The notes below the pieces were generated by a model. That model was not told where the DNA came from and ran no database searches. It was given only the letters and a program-made list of their open reading frames with translations. A DNA stretch of 64,000 nucleotides from Candidatus Eiseniibacteriota bacterium. Lineage in GTDB: Bacteria; Eisenbacteria; RBG-16-71-46; SZUA-252. Every line of letters begins with the position of its first letter. Positions within the stretch are counted from its first letter, which is position 1. A program made the translations under genes and the position numbers. Where the stretch lies: positions 2,196,669-2,260,668 of the forward strand of contig OY969801.1 of the NCBI GenBank assembly GCA_963703225.1, in the 5' to 3' direction. Of this stretch, positions 1-9,455 are shown one piece after another.

Positions 1-43
1 AGGACCAGGGACGCGCGTCAAGCCACGCCCGAGGCGACAGGCT

Positions 44-2377
44 CTACCCCTCGGCGGAAAGCCCGTATTCCTCGGGGCGGATGTCGAGTTTCTTGATCTT
101 GTACAGAAGCGTGGTGCGCTTCATCCCGCCCAGGCTCCTCGCGGCTTCCGATTGGTTTCCTCGGTGCGTGCGGAGCGCGTTCAGGATCATGTCGCGCTCC
201 TCCGCGGAGATGCCTCGTCCGCCCCCGCGCGAGCCGGACGGCGCCCGCGGCGCTGAGACACGCCCGCCGGATTGAATCTGGACCGATTCGGCGCGAACCC
301 TCTCGCCGTCCTGGGCCAACGCCACGGCGCGATCGATGACGTTTCGCAGCTCCCGCACATTGCCCGGCCAGCCATGCGCGACGAGGCGGGCCCAGACCCC
401 ATCGCCCAGGGCGACATGCTTTCGCGCTTGGGTGCAGGCGCGCTCCAGGAAGTGGCGGCCGATCAACTCGATGTCCCCCGGCCGCTCCCGTAGCGGCGGG
501 ACCTCGAGGCGGATTCCGTTCAGACGGTAGTAGAGGTCGTCGCGGAAGAGGCCCCGGCGGACGAGCCCCGCCAGATCCCGCGTCGAGGCGGCGATCACCC
601 GCACGTCGACCTGGCGCACCCCCATCCCGCCCACACGGCGGAGCTCCCCCATCTCGATCACGCGCAGAAGCTTTGCCTGCGCCGCGGTCAAAAGCTCGCT
701 CACCTCATCCAGGAAGATCACGCCGCGATGGGCAGTCTCAAAGAGCCCCGCCCGAGCCCGGTCGCCCCCCGAGGCGGACGCAGGGTCCTTCCCGAATAGC
801 TCCGTGTCGAGCTGGCCGTCCGGGAGCGGGCCGCAATGACCGACCACGAAGACCTGGTTTCCCCGGTCGCTGAGGGCGTGTGCCGCCCTGGCCAATGCTT
901 CCTTGCCGGTTCCGCTCTCGCCCAGGATGAATATCGGCAGTCGGCTGTTCGACGCGCGCTCGAGAATTCGTACGAGATCGATCACGCGCGGATCCTGGGT
1001 CACGATCCCGAGACGGAAGCAATCGGGGTCGGCTCCCTGCGGGATCTCCTCGAGCCGCGCGGGCGTGACGACGGTGATCGCGGGCGGCGCTGAGGTGCCA
1101 ACCTCCACGCCCAACACCTTCTCGATCCGCTCGACCCAGCGTTCCAGCTTCATCGACATCGCGAGGCTCCGCGCTTCCCAGAGATAGTCGCGGGCCGCGC
1201 GGCGCTCTTCCACGTCGCCGCCGGCGAGGAGAACCTCTCCCGCCCAGACCAGAAGCCGGGTCAGCTCGTAGAGAGCCTCGAGCTTGCGGAGGAGTGCTAC
1301 GCCCTCGTGCGCCGTCCGGATGGCCTTCTCGCGGTGGGCGAGCTGGAGGTGGGCCATCGACATGACGCGGAAGGTGGCAGCCTCCTCGAACCGGTCGTTG
1401 ATCTTCCGCGCGATCCGAAGCCCGCGCTCGCACGTGATGAGCGCGCGGTTGGGCTCCCCGATCCGCACGTGGATCTCCGCGATTCTCCGGCTCAGCTCGG
1501 GGACGAGATCCCCCTCCGGGGCCAGCTTCTCCGCGATGACGAGGGCTGGGTCGTAGCTCTCGATGGCGGACTGGTTCTCGTGTCGGTCGAGGGCGAGATC
1601 ACCCAGGTACTCGAGCGCGATCACCTGCTCGCGCTCAAACCCGTGCTCTTCGGCCTCGGAGAGGGCGCCGCGCACCTGCCCGTCGGCCTTGCCCAGCTCT
1701 CCGCGGATGCGTAGGAGATACCCGTGGAAGAGGCGCGCCTGCACCTTCCCCCGCGAGTGTCCCCTTTCGCCGAATAGCGTCCGCGCGCGCGCCAGCCCCT
1801 GCTCGGCCTCATCCAGCAGACCGAGCTTGGCCTGCGTGATGCTCAGGTTTAGGGAGAACGACGCCTCTTCGTGGTAGAGGCCGGCCTCGCGAGCCTGAAG
1901 CTGCCCGCGCGAGAACTCGCCCACGGCCCGGTAGAGCTCTCCGGCGCCCAGGAAGCAGAGACCGAGCAGGTTCCGCGAGCGCAGCATCCCCGCCGTGTCC
2001 TCGAATTCCCACCGGCTGATGTGATAGGCGGCGCGGAAGTGCTCTTCCGCGCGCGACGGCCGGCCGATCCGCCACACGGCGCGGCCGGCGGCGATGTGGA
2101 ATTCGAGAAGCGCCCGCTTGTCATCGGGGTGGAGCGCGTAGAGCTCGCTCAGCTTCTTCTCGGCGATCTCAGCGACTTCCTTCCACCGTCCCAGCCCCAG
2201 AAGCGCGCGGCAGCGCGCGAGCAGCAGCGGGATCTCCAGCGCCCTGGGGAGGGGCCCCGATGTCTTGGCTTCCGCGATCGCGTCCAGGACCGCGGAGAAC
2301 CGAGCATGGGCGAGGAGATCGTCGATTTGCTGGAGAAAGCCGGCGGATTCGCTCCGCGGCTTCTTGTCGTCGATCAT
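44..2377 (-). CDS. TPR-repeat / sigma54-type AAA+ / Fis-HTH transcriptional regulator (GAFTGA motif degenerate)
   Basis: 777-aa ORF. About 420 aa of helical TPR-like repeats, then Walker A GESGTGKE, Walker B IFLDEV, FRDDLYYRLN and WPGNVREL motifs, and a C-terminal HTH GNQSEAARSLGGMKRTTL. FGKDPASASGG stands where GAFTGA is expected. Confidence 0.9.
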   Translation of the reverse strand: MIDDKKPRSESAGFLQQIDDLLAHARFSAVLDAIAEAKTSGPLPRALEIPLLLARCRALLGLGRWKEVAEIAEKKLSELYALHPDDKRALLEFHIAAGRAVWRIGRPSRAEEHFRAAYHISRWEFEDTAGMLRSRNLLGLCFLGAGELYRAVGEFSRGQLQAREAGLYHEEASFSLNLSITQAKLGLLDEAEQGLARARTLFGERGHSRGKVQARLFHGYLLRIRGELGKADGQVRGALSEAEEHGFEREQVIALEYLGDLALDRHENQSAIESYDPALVIAEKLAPEGDLVPELSRRIAEIHVRIGEPNRALITCERGLRIARKINDRFEEAATFRVMSMAHLQLAHREKAIRTAHEGVALLRKLEALYELTRLLVWAGEVLLAGGDVEERRAARDYLWEARSLAMSMKLERWVERIEKVLGVEVGTSAPPAITVVTPARLEEIPQGADPDCFRLGIVTQDPRVIDLVRILERASNSRLPIFILGESGTGKEALARAAHALSDRGNQVFVVGHCGPLPDGQLDTELFGKDPASASGGDRARAGLFETAHRGVIFLDEVSELLTAAQAKLLRVIEMGELRRVGGMGVRQVDVRVIAASTRDLAGLVRRGLFRDDLYYRLNGIRLEVPPLRERPGDIELIGRHFLERACTQARKHVALGDGVWARLVAHGWPGNVRELRNVIDRAVALAQDGERVRAESVQIQSGGRVSAPRAPSGSRGGGRGISAEERDMILNALRTHRGNQSEAARSLGGMKRTTLLYKIKKLDIRPEEYGLSAEG

Positions 2378-2386
2378 GGGACCTCA

Positions 2387-2408
2387 GGGATGGGCCCCCG
2401 CCCATCCC
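2387..2408. terminator. Perfect 9-bp GC-rich hairpin between the small ORF and the regulator
   Basis: gggatgggc-cccc-gcccatccc. No U-tract, so it may be a processing or stability hairpin rather than an intrinsic terminator. Confidence 0.4.
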
Positions 2409-2429
2409 GGGGTGGAGCTACGTGAAATA

Positions 2430-2735
2430 TCAGCGCAACGTGATCCGGATCCAGACGCGGACGTACGACAGCCAGATGAGGCGCGCGTTGGTGATCGCAC
2501 CCACCTTGGTCGTGTCGCTTCCTGGGACCTTCTGGACCTGGTTCATCGACCGAGTCTGCTTCGGCGTCGGGCTTGGCTGATCGTCGGCCGTTGGATCACC
2601 ATCGGGATAGGGTGGACCGTGCGGCACATACGTCCGCGCGCTCGACACGTTCGGGATCCCGAGGAGACAGGCGAGCGTCAACGCCGCGCCTGCCCACGGA
2701 AGGGCCCGAATGCCGTCCCGATGCTGAGACTTCAT
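2430..2735 (-). CDS. Small secreted protein / peptide precursor (101 aa)
   Basis: ATG at 2735 preceded by a GGAGGA RBS. N-terminal signal-peptide-like segment (MKSQHRDGIRALPWAGAALTLACLLGIPNVSSA), Pro/Asp-rich middle, basic-aromatic C-terminus. Confidence 0.7.
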   Translation of the reverse strand: MKSQHRDGIRALPWAGAALTLACLLGIPNVSSARTYVPHGPPYPDGDPTADDQPSPTPKQTRSMNQVQKVPGSDTTKVGAITNARLIWLSYVRVWIRITLR

Positions 2736-3109
2736 CGAGATCTCCTCCGCGTCTCCGGCAGAAGACCATCGGATTCGTGGTGGGGACCCACCGCTCCGGG
2801 TAGTTGAGTCGTCCATCGTGCACGCTCCTGAACGAAGCCGTCAAACCGCTCCGCTCGCTCCGACATTGCTGATTTCTGGGGAATGAACGTCGCCGGAATC
2901 CTGCTGCGCGCGCCGTACCCCGGGGATGGGCCGAAATCGCGCTTTTGTGTGGTTGTGGAAGCCATGCGCACCCTTTCCGTGGGCAGGCACTCCGGCTACG
3001 TACCGATAATCTAGCAGAGTCTGGGGCCAAATGCAAGCCCAAAAAGGCGTTAGGGATTGATTCAGAGGCCATTTGGGGGGTGGCCAAATCCCAGCCGGTA
3101 GGCCGTATG

Positions 3110-3118
3110 TGATATAAT
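3110..3118 (+). promoter_or_regulatory. Extended -10 promoter element for the GGDEF gene
   Basis: TG-A-TATAAT about 50 nt upstream of ATG 3168, in an AT-rich divergent intergenic region. Confidence 0.5.
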
Positions 3119-3167
3119 TGGTATCTGTTCCCGACCTTCCGCGCGCCCGCATCCGAGATCTAGGGGA

Positions 3168-4619
3168 ATGAACGAGGCACACCGCATCCGGACCGCCTTC
3201 CTGTCATCGCTCTCGCTCCACGAGGCTTCCCCCGAAGACCGGAAGCGCTTGATCGAGTTGACGCTGGCCGGGATGGAGGACGAGCGCCGCGACCTGCTCG
3301 CCTTTGAGGTCGCCGAGCGACTTCTGGATGTCGGCGCGCTCGAGCGGGTGGACCGCTTCCAGCGCGACGGAAAGCCGTACATCCGATATCGAATCCCCGC
3401 TTCGGGCGAGACGTTTCTCCTCCAGGCACCCTACGACGTTCCCGGCGGAACGTTGGTCCGGGCCTCCCGGCCCCATTGGCATGCACGAAGCCGGCTTCTC
3501 TATCGGAGTCTCTCCCACCTGATCGCCGTCGAGCGGAAGCTCTTTTCCCGCGACGAGCGAAATCTGGAATATCTCCAGACCGACGTGTCGGAGATTCTCC
3601 GCACGATTCTCGCCTCCGCGCGCCAGGTGCTCGAATGCGACGAGACGCGTCTCTACTCTCTGGCGCGCGGCACCGAGGACGCCCGATACCTCCAGCCGGT
3701 GAGCGAGGGCGAGCCGTGGAACCGCGCGCTCGCCGAGGAGTGGGTCGCGAAACGCGGGCTTCCGCTGTACGTGGCCGACATGGCGGAGGCGGGCGCGGTC
3801 CAGACCATGGTCGACGCCGAGGCGATGGACGCGACCATGCACCTCGCGATCGCCCCCTTCCAGCCCAAGCCTGACCCCGGGGCGATGCGCTCCGTGGCCA
3901 TGGCTCGCGTCGGGGAGCCGGGTTCGCCCTTCCTCTTCGTTCTGGAGGCCTGGAGCAAGACGCCCGGATTTTTCACCGACGAGCGGATCGGCATCCTGAC
4001 CGTCGTCGCCGAGCACGCCACCGACCTCCTGCTCACGCTCAAGAAGCTGGGGATGCTCGTCATGGTCGATGAGCTCACCGGCATCTACAACCGGCCCTAC
4101 TTCGGGCGCCAGCTCGACCACGAGATCGCGCGCGCGTACCGGGAGGAGCGGCCGATGTCGCTCATCATCGCGGATATCGACGATTTCAAGAAGGTGAACG
4201 ACACCTACGGCTACGAGGCGGGCAACGCCGTGCTGCGCGAGCTATCCCAGACGCTCGCCTCGAGCGTCCGCCCATTCGACACGGTGGCGCGGTGGGGAGG
4301 CGAGGAATTCGCGCTGATCCTGAGCGCGGAGACGACGAAAGCGGAGGCCAAGGAGATTTGCGAGCGCCTCCGGCTCAAGGCGCAGAGCATGGCGATCGTC
4401 GTGCCCGGACTGGACGGGCGGGAGAATACCGTCCGGGTGACCGTGAGCTTGGGAGGGGCGATGTTCCCCGCCGACGTGCCGGTCACGTGGGATCGCTCCC
4501 GCGGGCTCGACCGACCTCAGCGGGAGAAGCTCGCCCACGAGCTCTGGACCCGCGCGAACATGCATCTGCGGATCGCCAAGGAGCGGGGCAAGAACCAGGT
4601 CGTCTACGCCGGCGAGTAA
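3168..4619 (+). CDS. Diguanylate cyclase (GAF-like sensor + GGDEF)
   Basis: DELTGIYNR, DIDDFKKVNDTYG, RxxD I-site (RPFD), RWGGEEF and AKERGKNQ motifs. Confidence 0.92.
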   Translation: MNEAHRIRTAFLSSLSLHEASPEDRKRLIELTLAGMEDERRDLLAFEVAERLLDVGALERVDRFQRDGKPYIRYRIPASGETFLLQAPYDVPGGTLVRASRPHWHARSRLLYRSLSHLIAVERKLFSRDERNLEYLQTDVSEILRTILASARQVLECDETRLYSLARGTEDARYLQPVSEGEPWNRALAEEWVAKRGLPLYVADMAEAGAVQTMVDAEAMDATMHLAIAPFQPKPDPGAMRSVAMARVGEPGSPFLFVLEAWSKTPGFFTDERIGILTVVAEHATDLLLTLKKLGMLVMVDELTGIYNRPYFGRQLDHEIARAYREERPMSLIIADIDDFKKVNDTYGYEAGNAVLRELSQTLASSVRPFDTVARWGGEEFALILSAETTKAEAKEICERLRLKAQSMAIVVPGLDGRENTVRVTVSLGGAMFPADVPVTWDRSRGLDRPQREKLAHELWTRANMHLRIAKERGKNQVVYAGE

Positions 4620-5686
4620 CCCGACACCAACGCCGCGGCAAACTCGGACGGCTCGAAGGGGAGCAGGTCCTCCATTCCTTCGCCGACGCCAATCCATCGG
4701 ATCGGGATCCTCAGGGAAGCCGCCACCGCAAGAACGATCCCGCCTTTGGCGGTCCCGTCCAGCTTGGTAATCGCAACGCCCGTGATCGCGAGCGCGCGGT
4801 CGAACTCCCGCGCCTGATTGAGTCCGTTCTGCCCCACCGACGCGTCGAGCACCAGCAGCGTCTCGTGGGGAGCGCCCGGGATCGCCCGCTCGATGACCCG
4901 CCTGATCTTCGCCAGCTCGGCCATGAGGTTGGCCTGAACGTGGAGCCGCCCCGCCGTATCCACGATCACCCGATCGACGTTTCGGCTCTTGGCGCGCGCC
5001 ATGCCGTCGAACGCCACCGCGGCGGGATCGGCGCCCGGCTTTTGTTGGACGATCTCCACCCCCGCCCGCTCGGCCCAGATCGTGAGCTGGTCTCCGGCCG
5101 CGGCCCGGAACGTGTCGCACGCCACCAGGAGCACCGACTCCCCCGCCTGCTTGTATCGGTTGGCCAGCTTCGCGATGGTCGTCGTCTTGCCGCTTCCGTT
5201 GACCCCGATCACGAGCGTCACGTGGGGGCGCGGTGCCGCGGAGGGGACCGTGCTCTCGGGGCGCGCGATGTCGGAGGGGACCGTGGTTTGGGGGCGCGCG
5301 ATGCCGGAGGGGACCGTGGCTTCGGGGCGCGCGATGCCGGAGGGGACCGTGGTTTGGGGGCGCGCGGTTGCAGAGGGGACCGTTTCTCTTGCTTCCCGTG
5401 TCCCCGGAGGCATCGCGCGCCCCGACCCCTCGAGCAGCACCTGCACCGCATCGCGCATCGCGTCCAGAGGCTCCGCACTCGACCCATCCGCGATCCGCCG
5501 CTTCACATCCTCGAGAAGCCGCTCCGTGGTCGCGGGCCCCACGTCGGCTCGGAGAAGCGCCGTCTCGAGCGCGTCGTAATCCGCCTCGGTGAGCGCCCGT
5601 CCCGGCTGAAACACCGCGGCCACCCCGCCGAAGAGCGCGTCGCGCGTCTTCTCCAGGCCCTTCCGGATTTTGTCGAGGAACGACAC
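4604..5686 (-). CDS. ftsY: Signal recognition particle receptor FtsY, with an internal tandem repeat
   Basis: [22 protein letters not shown] and [10 protein letters not shown] motifs. GTG start, no N-terminal acidic domain. Confidence 0.96.
   Translation of the reverse strand: MSFLDKIRKGLEKTRDALFGGVAAVFQPGRALTEADYDALETALLRADVGPATTERLLEDVKRRIADGSSAEPLDAMRDAVQVLLEGSGRAMPPGTREARETVPSATARPQTTVPSGIARPEATVPSGIARPQTTVPSDIARPESTVPSAAPRPHVTLVIGVNGSGKTTTIAKLANRYKQAGESVLLVACDTFRAAAGDQLTIWAERAGVEIVQQKPGADPAAVAFDGMARAKSRNVDRVIVDTAGRLHVQANLMAELAKIRRVIERAIPGAPHETLLVLDASVGQNGLNQAREFDRALAITGVAITKLDGTAKGGIVLAVAASLRIPIRWIGVGEGMEDLLPFEPSEFAAALVSGYSPA
5225..5386 (-). repeat. 33-bp in-frame tandem repeat x5 (11 aa, TVPSxxARPx) inside ftsY
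   Basis: gaggggaccg recurs at 5241, 5274, 5307, 5340 and 5373. Protein reads [54 protein letters not shown]. Confidence 0.95.
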
Positions 5687-5695
5687 GGTGGGGCG

Positions 5696-8600
5696 TTACG
5701 ACTCGACCGGGGTGAGCTCCTCGGGAGCCGCCTCGGCGACGGCCGGGCGCTCCCGATTCCAGCGGACCGAGACCAGCTTGGAAACGCCCGGCTCCTCCAT
5801 CGTGACGCCATAGAGGCAATCGGCCACTTCCATCGTCTTTTTGTTGTGAGTCACGACGATGAACTGCGTCTTGGCGCTGAAATCGCGGAGAAGCTGGACG
5901 AACCGGTCGATGTTGGCATCGTCGAGCGGAGCGTCGACTTCGTCCAGGATGCAAAACGGGCTCGGCTTGACCAGGTAGATCGCGAAGAGGAGCGCGATCG
6001 CGGTCAGCGCCTTCTCCCCGCCCGAGAGGAGGGATAAGGACTGCGGTTTCTTTCCGCGGGGGCGCGCGAGGATCTCGATCTCGGCTTCCAGCGGATCGTC
6101 GCCCGTCAAGAGCAGCGCCGCCTCGCCGCCCTCGAAGAGGGTCGTAAAGACGGTCCGGAAGTTCTCGTCCACCCGGGCGAACGTCTCCGTGAAGAGGGTG
6201 GAGGCGGTCACGTTGATCTTCTCGATCGCTTCGAGGAGCGACTGGCGGGCATCCTCCAGATCCTTCCGCTGGCCGCTCAAGAACCGGAGCCGCTCGCGGC
6301 GCTCGTCGTAGTCTTGGACCGCGAGCAAATTGACCGGTCCGATCGACCGGAGCTTCTCGCTCAGGTGGCGGAGCCGCCGCTCCCGCTCTTCTCGCGACGC
6401 GCCCGGCGCCAGCGGCGCGTTGCCTGCGTCCGCGGGGCCGGACATCTCCCGATCGACGATCGTCTCGTCGGGGATGCGTCCTTCCTCGGCTTCGAGGTCA
6501 GCCTCTTCGATCTCGACGAGGGCGCTTTCCCCATCCCCGGTGGTCTCGGCCGCCGCTTCCGACGAAGGAGGAACGTAGGCGCCCAGGTCGACCTCGTATT
6601 CGTTCGCGATCCTCTCGACCAGGCGGCGCAGCTCCCCGTCCGCCTCGGCCTGCTCCAGCTCGGCGCGGTGGAGGCGGTCGGTCAGCTCGGCGTGTCCGCG
6701 GCGAAGCTCCCGCGTGCGCGACTCCACGTCGTCCGCGAGCCCCTTCACCTCGCCGAAGCGCTCGCGGGACCGCTGGAGAATGATCTCCCGTTCCGTCTTT
6801 CGCTCGATTTCCTGGGCCAGCTCACCCTCGCGCTGGGCGCAGAGCGCCTCGGTCTCCTGGATCCGTCGCTCCGTCTGGGTCGCCTCTTCGTCCCGGCTCT
6901 TGATGTCCCGCTCAGCCTCGTCCGCGCTGGCGCGGAGCCGCTCGATCTCCCGCAGGCTCGATTCCACCGCCGCCCGAGACCGGCTCGCCTCGATTCGGGC
7001 CTCGGCGTGCAAGGCGACCGACCGCTCCCGTTCCAGCTCCATGGCGCGGACCTCCGCCTCGTCCTGGGAGAGGATGGTGTCGACGCGTCCCCGCTCCTCG
7101 TCCGCGCTCTGAAGCGCCACGAGGGCCTGCTCGGCTTCCTTGAGCGCGCGCTCGAGGTCGGCCTCGACCGCGGCAAGCGAAGTCCCGAGGGAGGTCCCGG
7201 CCTGCACCATCGCGTCGCCGCGAATGGAAAGCTCGACCCGACGCGATTCGTGGGACCGGTGGGTTTGCTCCGTTGCCGCCAGACGCCGGTTGGCTTCCTC
7301 CTGCTCGGCGAACGCGGCGGCCCGCGCCGCGCGGGTCTGTTCCGAGATCTTCACGGTTCCCGCAAGCGCGGCCGCGGAGCGCTCGATCTCCGTCGCGAGG
7401 ACGGTCAACTCGTCCTCTCGGCGCAGCACCGAGCCGGCGCGGGTCGATCCGCTTCCGCCCTGGAAGATCCCCGGGCCCACGACCCGCTCGCCCCGCCGAG
7501 TGACGAAGTGGAGTCGTTCGCCTGCGAAGCGCTCGTTGAGCTTGAGCCCCGCCTCGATCGATTCCACCACCACGACGCCCGAGAGCAGAAACGAGGCGAG
7601 GGCGACAAAGCCGGGCTCGAACCGGACGTGGTCGAGGAGCGGACCCAGGACGCCCGGAGCGTTGCTCACCTCGTCCGGGATCGGCGCCATGCGGGAACGG
7701 GAGAGCCGATCGAGGGAGATGAACGTCGCCCTCCCCTCTCCGCTCGCCTCCAGCGCTTGGAGCGCCGCGAGCGCCGCCTCCGTCCGCTCGGCGACGACGA
7801 ACTGGACCGCCTCGCCGAGCCCCGCCTCGAGCGCGACCAGCCACTCTCCCGACGCGTGGAGCACGTCCCCCACCGTTCCCAGGATCCGCGCGGGACGCGA
7901 GGGGCCCGCGACCAGCCAGCGGACGCTGGCGTCATAGCCCTCGTAGCGCTCCTTGAGCTCGCGGAGCGTGGCGTGGCGTGCCTCGAGGGCCGCGTGGGCC
8001 TCCCGAGCGCGAATCTCCGACTCGTCCTGCTCCAGGACCTTCGCCTCGGCCACCGCGATCGCGGCGACCGCCGAGGCGACCACCTCCCTGGCGCGGGCCA
8101 CTTCCCCCGCGGCCTCCGCCATCAAGCGCTCGGCACCCTCGATCCCGGAGCGGAGCGTCTCCTCATCGCGCGAGAGCGACGCACGCTGCTGCGCCAACTC
8201 GTCCCGGCGCGCCTCGAGATCCTGGCGCTTCTCCTTCCAGGCGCGAGCCGAGCTCTCCTGGACGACGCGGGCCTCGAAGAGGTCGAGCGAAAGCTGCTTC
8301 CGTTCGGCGAGGGCGGCGCGGCGCTGGTCGAGGACCGGGCCGATCTCGGCGAGCCTGGTCTCGAGCCGGCGCTCTTCCGAGTCTCGGTCGGCCTGGGCCT
8401 GCTCGAGGCGCTCGCGCTCGGCGGCGATCCGGCCCGCGTGGGCGCGGACTTCTTCGACGCTCGCCTTGAGCCGGCTCGATTCGGAGCGGGCGTGGTCCAG
8501 CTTCTCGACGAGCCCGGATCGGCGCTCGCGGAGGACGGCGACCTCGTTCAGGAGCGCCGCTCCCCTGGCCTCGTGCTCGCTCAGCGCCTCCTGCGCCAGC

Positions 8601-9452
8601 CGCACTTCCCCCTCGCGCTTCAACAGCTCGAGCTTGTGCTCTTCCAGCTCCGCCTCGTGCCTCGCGAGCACGCCGCCCATGGAAGCGCGCTTGTTTTCCA
8701 CCCCGGCGCGCTCCGCGCGGAGCGTGCCCGTCTCCTTCCCGACCCGGTCGAACTCCTCCTTCGCCAAGCCGAGGTCGATCGCCGCGGATCGATTCGCGCA
8801 GGCGACCGTAGCGCCTCGCCTTCCCCACCTGCCGCGCGAGGGAGCGGACCTCCCGCTCGATCTCGGTGATGATGTCGCTCACGCGGGTGAGATCGGTCGT
8901 CGTGAGATCGAGCTTTTGGAGCGCCTCTTTCTTTCGCGTCTTGTACCGCATGATGCCCGCCGCTTCCTCGAAGAGGAACCGGCGATGCCCGCTCTCGTCC
9001 GAGAGGACGTTGTCCACCATCCCTCGCTCGATCAGCGAATAGGCATGGGACCCCATCCCGGTGTCGAGGAAGAGGTCGCGCACGTCGCGAAGCCGGCAGG
9101 GGTTTCGATTGATCGAGTATTCGCTCTGCCCGCTCCGAAAGGTCCGCCGCGCGATCATCACCTCGGTGTATTCCGAAGGGAGGACGCCGCGGTTGTTGAC
9201 CATGGTGAGCGAGACCTCCGCCATGCCGAGGGGCTTCCGCTGGGCCGACCCCGTGAAGATGACGTCTTCCAACGTGTCCCCGCGCAGATGCCGCATGTTC
9301 TGCTCGCCCAGGACCCACCGGATCGCCTCCACGATGTTCGTCTTCCCGCTCCCGTTCGGCCCGACCACCGCGGTGATGCCGGGGCCGAACTCGACCCGAA
9401 CGCGCTGCGGGAAGGACTTGAACCCCAGGATGTCGAGCCGGCTCAGGAACAC
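5696..9452 (-). CDS. smc: Chromosome segregation protein SMC (one +1 frameshift near 8783, probably an assembly error)
   Basis: N-terminal GFKSF and GPNGSGKTN in ORF 8163-9452. Coiled coil, hinge, LSGGEKAL and CILDEVDAPLD in ORF 5696-8767. Removing one base at 8782-8783 fuses the two. Confidence 0.93.
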
Positions 9453-9455
9453 GGA

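Noticed and set aside
3020-3036. Sigma54 -24/-12 promoter for the small secreted ORF
   Set aside because: GG-to-GC spacing is one base too long for the strict consensus.
5225-5386. 33-bp repeats as a CRISPR array
   Set aside because: Head-to-tail with no unique spacers, in frame within ftsY, and no cas genes.
6314-8869. Long antisense ORFs (e.g. 6314-8869+, 19868-21241+, 28654-30663+, 30452-33151+, 52663-54150-, 55058-56944+)
   Set aside because: They are shadows of well-supported genes on the opposite strand, as expected at high GC, and contain no recognisable motifs.
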